From Craspedostauros australis (Eukaryota): a DNA stretch of 61,270 bases. The translations under genes and the position numbers were made by a program. The notes beneath the pieces are model-generated. The model had not been told where the DNA came from. It did not search any database and worked only from the letters and a program-made list of their open reading frames with translations. The stretch covers positions 1 to 61,270 of the forward strand of contig JALAGF010003917.1 in assembly GCA_030167865.1 (NCBI GenBank). Direction: 5' to 3'. How positions within the stretch are numbered: the first letter of the stretch is position 1; each line of letters opens with the position of its first letter. Below are positions 11,343 through 21,962 of the stretch, piece by piece.

Positions 11343-13661
11343 CTAACAGACCCGTTCGTTTCCGTCGCTCGTGGTCATGACAACGTGCACGCCACCGAAG
11401 GAATGGGTTCGAGGATTGGAAGGATCGTTGCTGTTGTTGTTAGAGAGGCACCGACGACTCGAGGATGGTGCTGGGTCGTATCGCAAGACGACCGTGTTAT
11501 CGTTGTCGTCGTCGCTGCGTCGTGCTCCATCGCGACGTCGTGATCGTGATCGATGCTTGTTGTTGCTGTTGTTGCCGTTCTTGTTCTTGTGGTTGGAACG
11601 CGATCGGCTGGGACGCACCGACCGCTGGTCGTTTCTGCGCGTCTTGTCTTGTTTGGATGGTGCCAGGTGCTTGTCCGCGGTGGCGGTCCTCCACAGATTG
11701 GACAGCGTCATGCTGATGATGGCGACGATGCTTTCGCTGGCATCCGAAGTGCTTGGATGGGACTGGCGACTTCGCCTGCGGTTGTATCGGGCATCGCTTT
11801 TGTTATAGGAGGCTGGCGCCACGGTCGACATTGCGGTGCCCCATGGCTCTGCCGCATTGATGGGCGCAACGGCTGCCCGTTTGGATGAGCGCTTCGATCG
11901 TCTGGTCTTGCTCTTGGCGTGCGTGTTGTGTCTTTCATGTGGTCGGAAGGAGTCCAAGATGACACGAGCGTCGGGCTGGTACGACTCCTCGACGATGCGC
12001 GTTGCGAGCACGATTTCGCTGGTTGGCACCGCAAGCGGCTGTTCCGCATGGCCAAAGCTGTGCTCGTCTGCAACTGCCGCAGTGGATGCATCAATCCTGG
12101 TCTGTTCAGCGAGCGAGAGATCCGCCTGCGCAGTGGTGGGATGTTCCACGGGCTTTGGCGTTATCATCGTGTCTGTGTTCTTGATAGTGGCGGCATCTTT
12201 GTTCTTGGACTTTTTGGTTTTGGTTTTCTTGGTGCCGATCATGACCATGCGCCGCATGCTGAACTTGCTGCCAACAGCCTTGGATTGAGATGCGCTGTGG
12301 CCTGCATCCTTGGTGGAGAGATCGGGCGAGACCTTGCTGCGCAAGAGCATCACGTTGGCGATGGTCTTGAACTTGGGAAGGTAGCTCTTGGATTTGGTTG
12401 CGGGGCGACCTTCGGCCAGCACCGCGCCGGTGTTATTGTTGGTGTTAGTATTGGTGTTAGTGTCAGTGTTGGTGTTGGTGTTGGTGTTGGTGTGGTTGGA
12501 GAATGGTTCGTGCACCACGATCTCGAGACCGTCCTTGCCTTCCACTTTGGCAAGGAGGGATCCCGACTCATCAATCCCGGTGACGGCCGCTTTCATCACG
12601 TGTTCGTCGACCTCCTCTCTTGGAGCCACGAAATCTTCCGTGAGGATGGTGCTGAGATCCTCGGTCTCTTCGCTCGTGCGGCTGCGACCCGTGCTGCGGC
12701 TGACCTCACTCGGACCATCCACAGAGGTGTTGTCATCGCTCAGAGCGCAACCGCACGGTGCGTTCGGCATCCAGAGCGCCACGTTGTCGTTCCTTGCTTC
12801 CTTCGCAGTGGCGACGCGGATGTCCTTCTCGCTGATGATGCCCACCGCCTTGAGGAGGTAGTCGGTCGTCGCCTCCCATGGCAGCAGATCGTCCACGATG
12901 TCGCCGCCGGTGATGTCGGAAGACGCGCGCTCGTGGCTGCGCTTGTGGTTGTGCTTGGCGCGGCCATCGAGTTCGTGCAAGACGGAGGAGTTGTTGGACA
13001 TGTCCAGGCTCCTCACGCATTCCACGCGACGTTCGTCGTCGTCCGAATCAGCGCTGTGGTCATGGTAAGAGTGGCTGTCGTTGGACTGATACTCAGACCG
13101 CCGATGGGACGGAGACCGTCCTCCAGCTTGTTCCGAAGAACGTCTACCGTAGCGCCTGCGAACGTAGGAATGGCTGTTCGAGGTGGCATCCTGAGCTGCA
13201 GCGCGTTTCGCCAGCATCCGGTGGATGGAGGGATCGATCTCGAACTCCATCTTGTCGCTCTCCTCGTGCGGATGCAGGTAGTTGTGGTGGTGGCAGCGTG
13301 GCTTCCCACCCTTGCTGTGGCTATGATGATTGCTGCCACGCTGATTGTGATGGTTATGATGACTATGACGGTTACGGCTATGGCTATGGCTGTGGGTATG
13401 GTTCCGATGACATGAGTTGGCGCCACTCAATGTGTTAGTGAAAGTGTATGTGAAAGTGGCATAGAAAGTATCACCACCAGACCCATCTGCATTGTGAGTA
13501 TCAGCAAGTGCATCCACACCAACACGGGTATCGTGCTTGGCGCAAGCATTCGCCCAAGCGTGCTGGTAGACGCAAGTAGGGTCGATGCCCCTCATCATGC
13601 TGACTAGGGATTCTGGTGGCACTGTGCGCTCGTCCCACCCTTCGATCTCTTTGTAAGTCAT
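11343..13661 (-). CDS. Hypothetical protein (772 aa) with a His-rich tract, an (NT)n tract and a basic C-terminus
   Basis: 2.3-kb ORF with ATG in a cacaccATG context. No domain recognised. Extra exons cannot be excluded. Confidence 0.65.
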   Translation of the reverse strand: MTYKEIEGWDERTVPPESLVSMMRGIDPTCVYQHAWANACAKHDTRVGVDALADTHNADGSGGDTFYATFTYTFTNTLSGANSCHRNHTHSHSHSRNRHSHHNHHNQRGSNHHSHSKGGKPRCHHHNYLHPHEESDKMEFEIDPSIHRMLAKRAAAQDATSNSHSYVRRRYGRRSSEQAGGRSPSHRRSEYQSNDSHSYHDHSADSDDDERRVECVRSLDMSNNSSVLHELDGRAKHNHKRSHERASSDITGGDIVDDLLPWEATTDYLLKAVGIISEKDIRVATAKEARNDNVALWMPNAPCGCALSDDNTSVDGPSEVSRSTGRSRTSEETEDLSTILTEDFVAPREEVDEHVMKAAVTGIDESGSLLAKVEGKDGLEIVVHEPFSNHTNTNTNTNTDTNTNTNTNNNTGAVLAEGRPATKSKSYLPKFKTIANVMLLRSKVSPDLSTKDAGHSASQSKAVGSKFSMRRMVMIGTKKTKTKKSKNKDAATIKNTDTMITPKPVEHPTTAQADLSLAEQTRIDASTAAVADEHSFGHAEQPLAVPTSEIVLATRIVEESYQPDARVILDSFRPHERHNTHAKSKTRRSKRSSKRAAVAPINAAEPWGTAMSTVAPASYNKSDARYNRRRSRQSHPSTSDASESIVAIISMTLSNLWRTATADKHLAPSKQDKTRRNDQRSVRPSRSRSNHKNKNGNNSNNKHRSRSRRRDGARRSDDDNDNTVVLRYDPAPSSSRRCLSNNNSNDPSNPRTHSFGGVHVVMTTSDGNERVC

Positions 13662-14798
13662 GGTGTGGCCGAATCTGTCGATCTCCTTGCTGAACTCTTC
13701 CGTTCTCCTTCTCTTCTTCTTGTGAAATCAACCACCAGATTCTGTCCTCTGCAGTTGGAGCACTGCTGCTCCTCGCACTGCGATGGTCAGCTGCGACTAC
13801 GATATACCCTGCCAAATCGCTATCGCAGCATACGCCTACGTATGTAACTGCGTTTCGCCAATCTCGCGATGCCGTTCTCTCCGTTTTACTGCCACTTTTT
13901 CCTTTCGAACGACGACAACGATGATGGCACTATGGAGGATGGTGATCGCCTCGAATTGTGGCATGTGGACGCTCTTGGCGAAGATCGCGTTCATCCTGCG
14001 CAGTTGTTCATCTGCATTTCGTCGATCATTAGAATTTTTGGCGTGACAGGCACGGCACGCGAACAGTCCCGGTTTGTGGACGAAAAATGAGGAGAACCAT
14101 GGTTCGGATGTCAGTGTGACGTTCTGTCCACCAAAAATTCCGTTCGGACATCACCTTTCTCAATTTCTCCGATCCCACAGCCAACACATTTTTTGCCTTC
14201 CGATCGATGTGCTGTGTGCAAAAGCTTCGGCTGAGCTGAAACAGGGGTAAAAGGTTCGATCTGTTTCCGTTCGCTGTCCCTTCCCCTTGTGCGCAACGTT
14301 GACGCTGAGCCGAGCCGTTGGCTTCGTAACACATCCCCGACTCCCATCTGTTCACATGTTTCTCGTATCTTTCCTCTTCCGTTCATGCCATCATCGTCAA
14401 CTTCAACAACTAATTTCCGAAACAAGTGGCGAAACAAGTTGCGAAACAATACAAGGCAGAAGAACTGTAGCGGAAACAATCGGTTCTGTTCTGTCGCCAT
14501 CTCCAACCCATGACACTGAGAGTCTCCCGCCGCGTCCACTCGAACATGAAACAAGGGGACGCGGAGTCTGCTCTGCCATTCAGGTCGACACCAAGAAAGT
14601 TCTGCGTTCAATTTCCTCTTGCACTCGTGCTATGCATACTCCATTGGAGTATCATGCGCTTGTCGTCTACTTTTTCATTATTCATTACTGTACGATTGTC
14701 TTAGAGTATTGTACATTCCTTTGCTTGAGACAAAACCAGAGCCTTCCATGCAGCGGCGCATCAATCACATAGCAAGCGCAACGCAGCCGATCGCAGAG

Positions 14799-17700
14799 CT
14801 ACATCTGGACGTCCATCTTCGTTGCGTATTCGACTGCTGCCACCGTCGCTTCATCCATGGCTTGCTGTGGCGCAGCAGACAGCATGGACGGCTCCATCAT
14901 GTCTCCAGAGCCTTGTTCTGCCGTGCCAAGTACATCAACTGGTGCTGGTTGCGATTCAAATGGCCCATGAGCCTGCGTCTCATCGCCAGCGGGCAGAAAC
15001 GTATTGCCTGTTGCAAGCTGTGCAAGTGCGTGTGCATGCTCGTTTTCTTGTGTCTGATGCTGCTCGTGTTGCTGGACTGGAAGTTGGTGCAGCTGTTGCT
15101 GCTGATGTGCTTGCTGCTGCTGAATGTGCCCATGAGCATGGATCTCCGTCTGCTGTGGTTCAGCAGGCGCGATCACAGCGAAGGCGACTTGAGGTTGTGG
15201 TTCCACTGCCGCTGCAGGTGGTTGTTGCTGCTGTTGCTGCTGCTGTTGTTGCTGCTGTGCCTGGTCATGTACATGCACCATTTGTGCTTCGTTCACGGCA
15301 TGCGCCTGCAGCGTGTCTTTCGGTTGCAAGAGTACATGTTGTTGTTGCTGCTGTTGCTGCTGTTGGTCCTGTTGCTGCTCCTGATGTTGCTGTTGCTCCG
15401 TGTGTTGCTGCTTCGATGGTCGTGGAAGTGCATGTAACCCGATGCGTGCCAGTGCTTCCTCATGCCGGCGATCAGACCACTCTCGGAGAGACCAAACGAA
15501 GCCGAGCTCCTCAAGCTGTCGGATTCGGTCAACCGACATGGACGAAGAGTTGCCGGTGGCTTGTCCGGATGCATTTGCCGCTCCTGCCTCGTTTGCCCTC
15601 ATGAAGGAGCGGTATTGCGACCGTTGCGAGGCAACCCACATCCCTAGCTCAGGATTGCGATGGTAACGTGCCGGCACAAGACAGTTGCCATTCTCCGAAA
15701 TGTATGCCTTGAGTTCCTCAAGACGCTGCGCCCAGGATACCCCCGTGGCATCCCTGGATCGAATCGTCCAGGTGAAACCCAGCTTGTCGAGCATTTCGAT
15801 GCGTTCGGGAGTGAGCGGGGACCCCTTCTTCCCTTTTGATGGCGCCACCGCACCATTTTTTGCCTCGCTGGCCTTTTTCTTCAAGCTCTTGTATTGCTGA
15901 CGCTGCGCACTGACCCAGATGCCCAGTCGACGATTGGTAGTGTACCGCGCCGGAACATTGCAGTGTCCATGCTTGGCTTGATATGCTGTGGTTGGGAAGA
16001 GCAGAGGTTCGATTCGATTCGATTCCAAGCATGATCACAATCGCGACAATGCGTGAAGTAAGACGTGCAATTGATGTCCAAGCATAGAAGGAATCAATGG
16101 TATCGGATCGGAGCAAAACAAAGTTGTGGAAGAACGCGTTGAGGAATGTATGTATATACACACACATAGAGAGAGAGAGATAAACAAGCTTACAAGGTGC
16201 AAACAAGAAGCATTCAAGCACAGACCATCCTGCAAGAGTGTGGTGGTGGTATGATCAACACGATGCTGAATATACGTCAATCCCCAACTTGCCATCACTG
16301 CCAATACGACAACATGACACGACACAACTGCCGCCACATAACAGCAACATACCTTTCAGCTCATCGTAGTGCTTTTGCCAATCGTCTCGGACAGACCAGA
16401 CGAATCCCAGTTGATGCAGCCGTGCGATCCTGGCATCTGTTAGGCGACCGATCAGAGGCTTGGGACTCAGGGACGAGCGTTTGCCGGAGAACGGGTGCAC
16501 TGGGACGGTCGGGATGACGTACTCCTTGCCTTCTGCTTCCAGCCGTTTCTTGAGCTTCTTGAATTGCACCCGCTGCGTATCTACCCATGTCCCAAGTTTT
16601 GAGTTCTCCTTGCAACGCTTCGGGACCATGCAGTTTCCGTATTTGGCTTTGTACTCCTGTAGAAGCACGAACATCCGATCCCATTGGTCGTCATATGAAT
16701 TGCGAGTGATGCGACCTCCTGGGATGCCCTTTTCGCCCTCACGTGCCGACCACACGAAACCAACCTCTTCCAGACGCTTCCTGCGTTCGTCGGTGAGTCG
16801 ATATGCAATCTCCTCACCTTCAGTGGGTTGCTGCTGTTGTGATTGCAGTAGCTGTGTGCCTTCTTCTGCCGCAGGCGCGGCAGTTAGCGGCGTGGACCCC
16901 GATGCTTCCATCAATTCTTGTTGTGCGAGCTGGTCCTGCTCCTGCAATTCGCGTTGTTGTTGTTGATGCAGCTGCTGTGAGCCATCGATCACGTCTCCCG
17001 CTGCCGTTGCGAGATCTGCTTGTGCAAGTTCTGTCTCTCCGGTTGATGGCTGCGGAGATGGTGAAAGCGGAGACGGGACGATGTCATTTGTTTGCTGCTC
17101 CCCCATGGCAGCATCCGGTACACCTGCACCTGCAACTGCGCCGGTGGCAGTGGTTTGAGAAGAAGCCGGTGCTGGGTTGTTCGTCCCCGCCATCAGCTTG
17201 CGATACTGGACCCTCTGCGTATGAACCCATGTTCCCAGCTTCAAATCCGGAGGATATCGCTTCGGTACGACACAATGGCCTGTGCGTGACTTGAAATTCA
17301 GCAACCGAGCAAACATCTGATCCCATTGTTTGTCGTAGAATCGCTTCATCTTGTGCTTGACCTTCCATTCGAAGCCAATAGATTCCAAGCGGCGGACGCG
17401 CTCGGCCGTGAGACGCAGGTTGGATGATTTTCCTTTGGCGGGGCCATTTTGTGGCACGAGGACGTTGCCGTTGTTGATTCCGATCGCTGGGTTTACTGAA
17501 TTGACGGTGGGATACGTTGTGGTTTGACCAACATCGGTGGTTGCCAAAGCGTCCATGCCACTGGTACCGGTGGCGTTAACGTTGGCATCAGGCAGCAGCA
17601 TCTCCACCCCACCGACGTTCGTTGCAGGTGCTGGTGCAGTGCCCACGGCCTCAGCTGGCTCAATGGAAGCGGCTGCGCCGTTTGCGGTGATCATCGGGCT

Positions 17701-20700
17701 GGCGGAATTGCTTGCACGCAGTAACTTGGTGTACCCATACCGTTGAGTCTCCACCCACTGTGTTTTTGTTGTTTTCGTGTTGGTTGGTTTTGTTGGTTTG
17801 TTGAGAGGACGCGAGAGACATCAACGTCGAGAGAAACGTGGCATGGGACACTTGTCCGCCAAGTTAGACTTTTGCATGGATTGCTGAGCACACTCATATC
17901 GATTCAGGTGGTCGGTTTGTCAATGCACGGTACGATACTGTGCTCAAAATAGACATCCCGTCGCCTAACTCCGCAAAAGCACAGCACCACAAAACCCACA
18001 ACACCCATCACATACTGCTGACGTTCAGCAACTCACCTTGCCAAGCTTGAGATTCTCCTCGAAGCGGCTGGGGACGAGACAGTCTCCGTGCTTCGCCTTG
18101 TATTCGCAGAGCTGACGGAACATGTCGTCCCAATGATCCTCGATCCTCTTCGTACGCAATGACCAAACAAAGCCAAGGGCATCGAGCCGTTCCTTGCGCT
18201 CCTTGGTGAGTTTTCGTGGGATTGGCATCATGGTTGGTGTCGGTTGGTACATCCCATGATGCATCGTGGCCTGCATGCCATTCATTACCAGCGGTGCTTC
18301 TGTTGGCATGGCACTTGCCTGCTGATTGAGATGAACCTGCTGGAGCTGAATTTCGCTAGATGGTTGTCCTGGCACGAGCTGATCGCTTGTAATACCGGGC
18401 TGTGCCGGTTGCCCATCGTCCGCAAGAGACAGAATCTGGCTTTGGTCGTCTTGTGCAACGCCTGCCTCATCGATTGTATGTTGTGGATCGGGCGATGTGG
18501 TGGGTGACTGGACGACACTGCCTGCTCCGTTGGCTTCGTCCAGCAGTTGTTGCTCCGGCGTCTCCATGGGTTGTCCAGGAACGAATTGCAGTTGCTGTTG
18601 CTGCGGGTGTTGCTGTTGAAAATGCTGCTGTTGCTGTTGCTGGAGCTCGCGCTTGTTTTCTCGGTTCCACAAGATGCGTTGCTGTTCCACCCAGGAGGCA
18701 AGCTTCGTGTCCTGGTCGTACTTGCGAGGCACAAGGCAATGGCCGTGTTGTTTATGAAATTTCATGAGACGCTGGTAGAAATCTTCCCACTGTGCCTCCT
18801 GATGTCGCAACCGTTTTGCTTGCGAGTCATCGATGCGTGCTGCCACGATCGTACCGTTGTGAAGGAGATGGCTGTGGCTATTGTTGTTGCTATTCATCAC
18901 ACCGTTGACGCTGCCAAACCCATGATCGGCCACAGGGACGTTGACAGCGACAGCCATTGCAACTGGACCAACAGTTTGTGGGCTGTTGTGCCCTGTGACA
19001 CGGTGTGCTGAATGCGTGGAATTTTCGGTTATGACGGTGTTGGGAGGCATCAACGGTGCGACCACCGCCATCGATGCATTATAGGCAACAGGTGCTGCCA
19101 CATCCGCAGCAGCAGCATGATGCACCTGATTGACGTGCGCGTGGTTGTCATGTCCATTGGTGTTGTTCGCGTTGCCGAAGAACATATCAACATGTTGTTG
19201 AGGTTGTTGGTGTTGTTGTTGTTGGCCTGGCTGCACTTGCTGATGTTGCACTGGGTGTTGCACTTGCTGATGTTGCACTGGGTGTTGCACTTGGTGGTGT
19301 GACACTTGCGGTTGGTGCGATGATGGTTCCTGCACAAATCTATCTGTGGCATGGGGTGGGTAGCAAGCCGCTGCTGCTGCAGCAGCTGCTGCCGCCGCGG
19401 CTGCACCTGCCGTTTGTCCAGAGGATGCAGCCGCTTTGTTCGATTGCTTTCGGATGTGCTTGGCGGACCAGCAAAATCCAATGTCGTGCAATTTCATGAG
19501 ACGGTCACCATTGAGGCGCTTGTTGGGATGGATAACCTCTTCGCCCGTCGAAGGGTCCACGCTGCGTTCCAATCGCTTGTATTGGACGCGCTGTGCAGGT
19601 CGTGCGTGTTTGCGTGTGCATGATGGGTGTGTTGTTGATGACACGTGAGGGATGAGGGGATGAGTGCCAAAACGTGGAGCCGAAGTGATGCAGAACAAAG
19701 TGTGGACAACAAAGGTCAGACGGGGTGACGTTGTGTCACGTTGGTTGATCCGATCAGGTTACTGCTCAAATGCAGGAGATTCAGAGATGATGCAGCAATC
19801 CACGTGTCGCAATATGGCAAGTATTGGGATCGTGGAAGACTCACCTGCGTCTCCACCCAGGTCCCCAGCTTGGTGTCGGCCTGGTATCTCTTGGGGACGA
19901 GGCAATCACCAAATCTCGCCTTGTAGTCCATCAACCGATTGAACATGGCATCCCATTGCTCATTGTTAATCTTCTTGGTCGGTGGCAGGTCCATCAGATG
20001 GTGGCTGTGACGGAGCTGCTGCTGTTGCATCTGAAGTTGCTGCTGCTGCTGCTGCTGCTGTTGTTGCAGGTTCTGTTGTTGTTGTTGTGCTTGCTGGTGA
20101 TGTGGCTGGACAGTGACATAGTGATGGGCCACTTGTTGCTGCGGCTGTGTTGGCTGGTGGTGGTGCGGTTGTTGAATGTGCAGTTGTGACGTGTCCTGTG
20201 CGACTGTGACAGGCTGGTGGTACGCAGGTTGATGGTGGTATTCTTGCCCTTGCACCTGTGGTTGTACTTCTACCTGCATTTGCTCTTGTGATTGTTGTTG
20301 TGGCTGCATCTGTTGCTGTTGATGTTGCATCTGTTGATGCTGCTGATCCTGTGGATGCTGCAATTGGTTGATTTGCAAGTCGGCTTGGGCAGGAGGAGGC
20401 GCTGGTGGCGGCAAGTGCTGGACCTGTGCTTGCTGGTGCTGATGATGCTGTTGCTCCTGCGTGTGATGTTGCTGTGGATGATCTATTTGGGGTTGCTGGT
20501 CCTGCAACTGCTGCAGGTCCATCTCCAATTGCGCGTCTTCAGACTGGGCCTGCTGTTCAGGTTGTTGCTGTTGCTGTAACTGTTGATGCTGTAACTGTTG
20601 ATGCTGTAACTGTTGATGCTGGTGTTCTTCGTGCTCCTGCACCATTGGAGGCACGTAGTCATTGGTGGCATCGTGGGTGTTTCCAAACGTATGAGCTTCG

Positions 20701-21962
20701 TAACGAGGACGTTTGGCATATGCGACACCTGTGGGCGTGTCCAATTGTGTGAGGCTATCCGCTTGATGCGTCGGTTGATGGTCCACAACTGCATGAGATG
20801 CTTGTGCACCATCAATACCAATGGTTTCTTCGAGTGTTCGTTTCCGGGATGTGCCATCGTTGTTGTTGTGGTTGTTTGTATCGATGGTGGTGATTCTGTT
20901 GGTGGGTATGGCCGCATCTTGAAAGTACTGATCAGTCTGATGCGTTGCAGAGGCAGCCTCCAGTTGCTGTTGCAGTTGCGGTAGTTCTGTCACCTGAGTC
21001 TGCGGTTGTGGTTCGCCTTGCAGTCCTTGCTGGGGTTGAGGTTGTCCGCTTGTGCCGATGCCTGTGGGTCCATCCGTGCCGCCATCGCTGGAGTGCATGA
21101 CTTGTTCTGCCATCCCATTTGTGCTCTGTGCAGAGACTTCGTCGGGGACCTCGTGGATGTTCTGCGGAGGATTCTGCTTGGGGAGGTCATGTTGCGTTTG
21201 TTGCATTCGCTCATGATGATGATGATGATAGGCCGCAGCAGTATCAGTGGCCATGCTCGGTTGCAGTGACCGGTCTTGAACTTGTTCTTGGTTGGTTTCG
21301 TTAGCTACATTGCTTGTCTCAACGGGAATGGTTGCTGCGGTTGCTTCTGCGGTTGTTCCATTCTCCACGCTGGGTGTTGCCGCAGTTGTCTGTGCTTCTG
21401 TTGGTGACACCATCTCCATGACGCCATTGGTAGCCACCGCCGCCGCTCCCACTGTGACCATGTCGGTCATGAATGGAGCCGTGTTGGATTGAGGAACGGT
21501 GGCATTGTCATCGCCTGGCGTAACCTGCTCGGATGTTGGGACGGGTTGCTCATCGGCTGTGGCTTGCAATGGCAGCAGCTGTGTGTCGTGCTGGTCTTGG
21601 CCGTCACGATGATGCGTCACACCGGCTGGTGCCGGGACGTTGCCTCCGACGTGGACGCCATTGTGGGGTTGCGCCTGTTGTTGCCCATGAGCTTGCACCT
21701 GATGATGCTGATGGTGCTGATGGTGCTGATGCTGGTGAGGTTGACCTTCATGGCTGATGAGATGAGCTACGGCTTCAGGTTGGGCCTGAGGTTGGGCCTG
21801 AGGTTGTTGATGTGCATGTTGGTGTGCAGCATGGTTGTGTTGAGTTGGGTTGACTGCGGCGACGGTGACCGCGACGGCGTGGTGAGGATCCTGGTGTTTG
21901 TCTCTGTCAGTCGCAACGACAGACGCTGGATCGGCACAAGGCGGTGGGAGGTGGCTGGTCAT
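14799..21962 (-). CDS. Protein with seven helicase-associated (HA, PF03457-like) domains and Q/H-rich termini, about 2,087 aa. Four exons: 21962-19845, 19590-18037, 17757-16353, 15985-14799
   Basis: Seven copies of the pattern W..m...L..Y/F....G.C.VP..Y.....LG.WV..QR...L...R...L..lGF.W. Three introns (donors GTGAGT, GTGAGT, GTATGT; CAG acceptors) join four track ORFs in frame and restore HA motifs across the junctions (WVETQ|RVQY, KLGK|WVETQ, ELK-A-YQAK). Summed exon length of 6,264 nt is divisible by 3. Confidence 0.9.
19232..19293. repeat. 27-bp coding tandem repeat (about 2.3 copies; QVQHPVQHQ)
   Basis: Unit tgcacttgctgatgttgcactgggtgt repeated inside the HA gene. Confidence 0.9.

Noticed and set aside
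11919-13415. 498-aa + strand ORF and other long antisense ORFs (for example 39111-40346 and 55460-56632)
   Set aside because: These are shadow frames of GC-rich genes on the opposite strand, with no motifs of their own.
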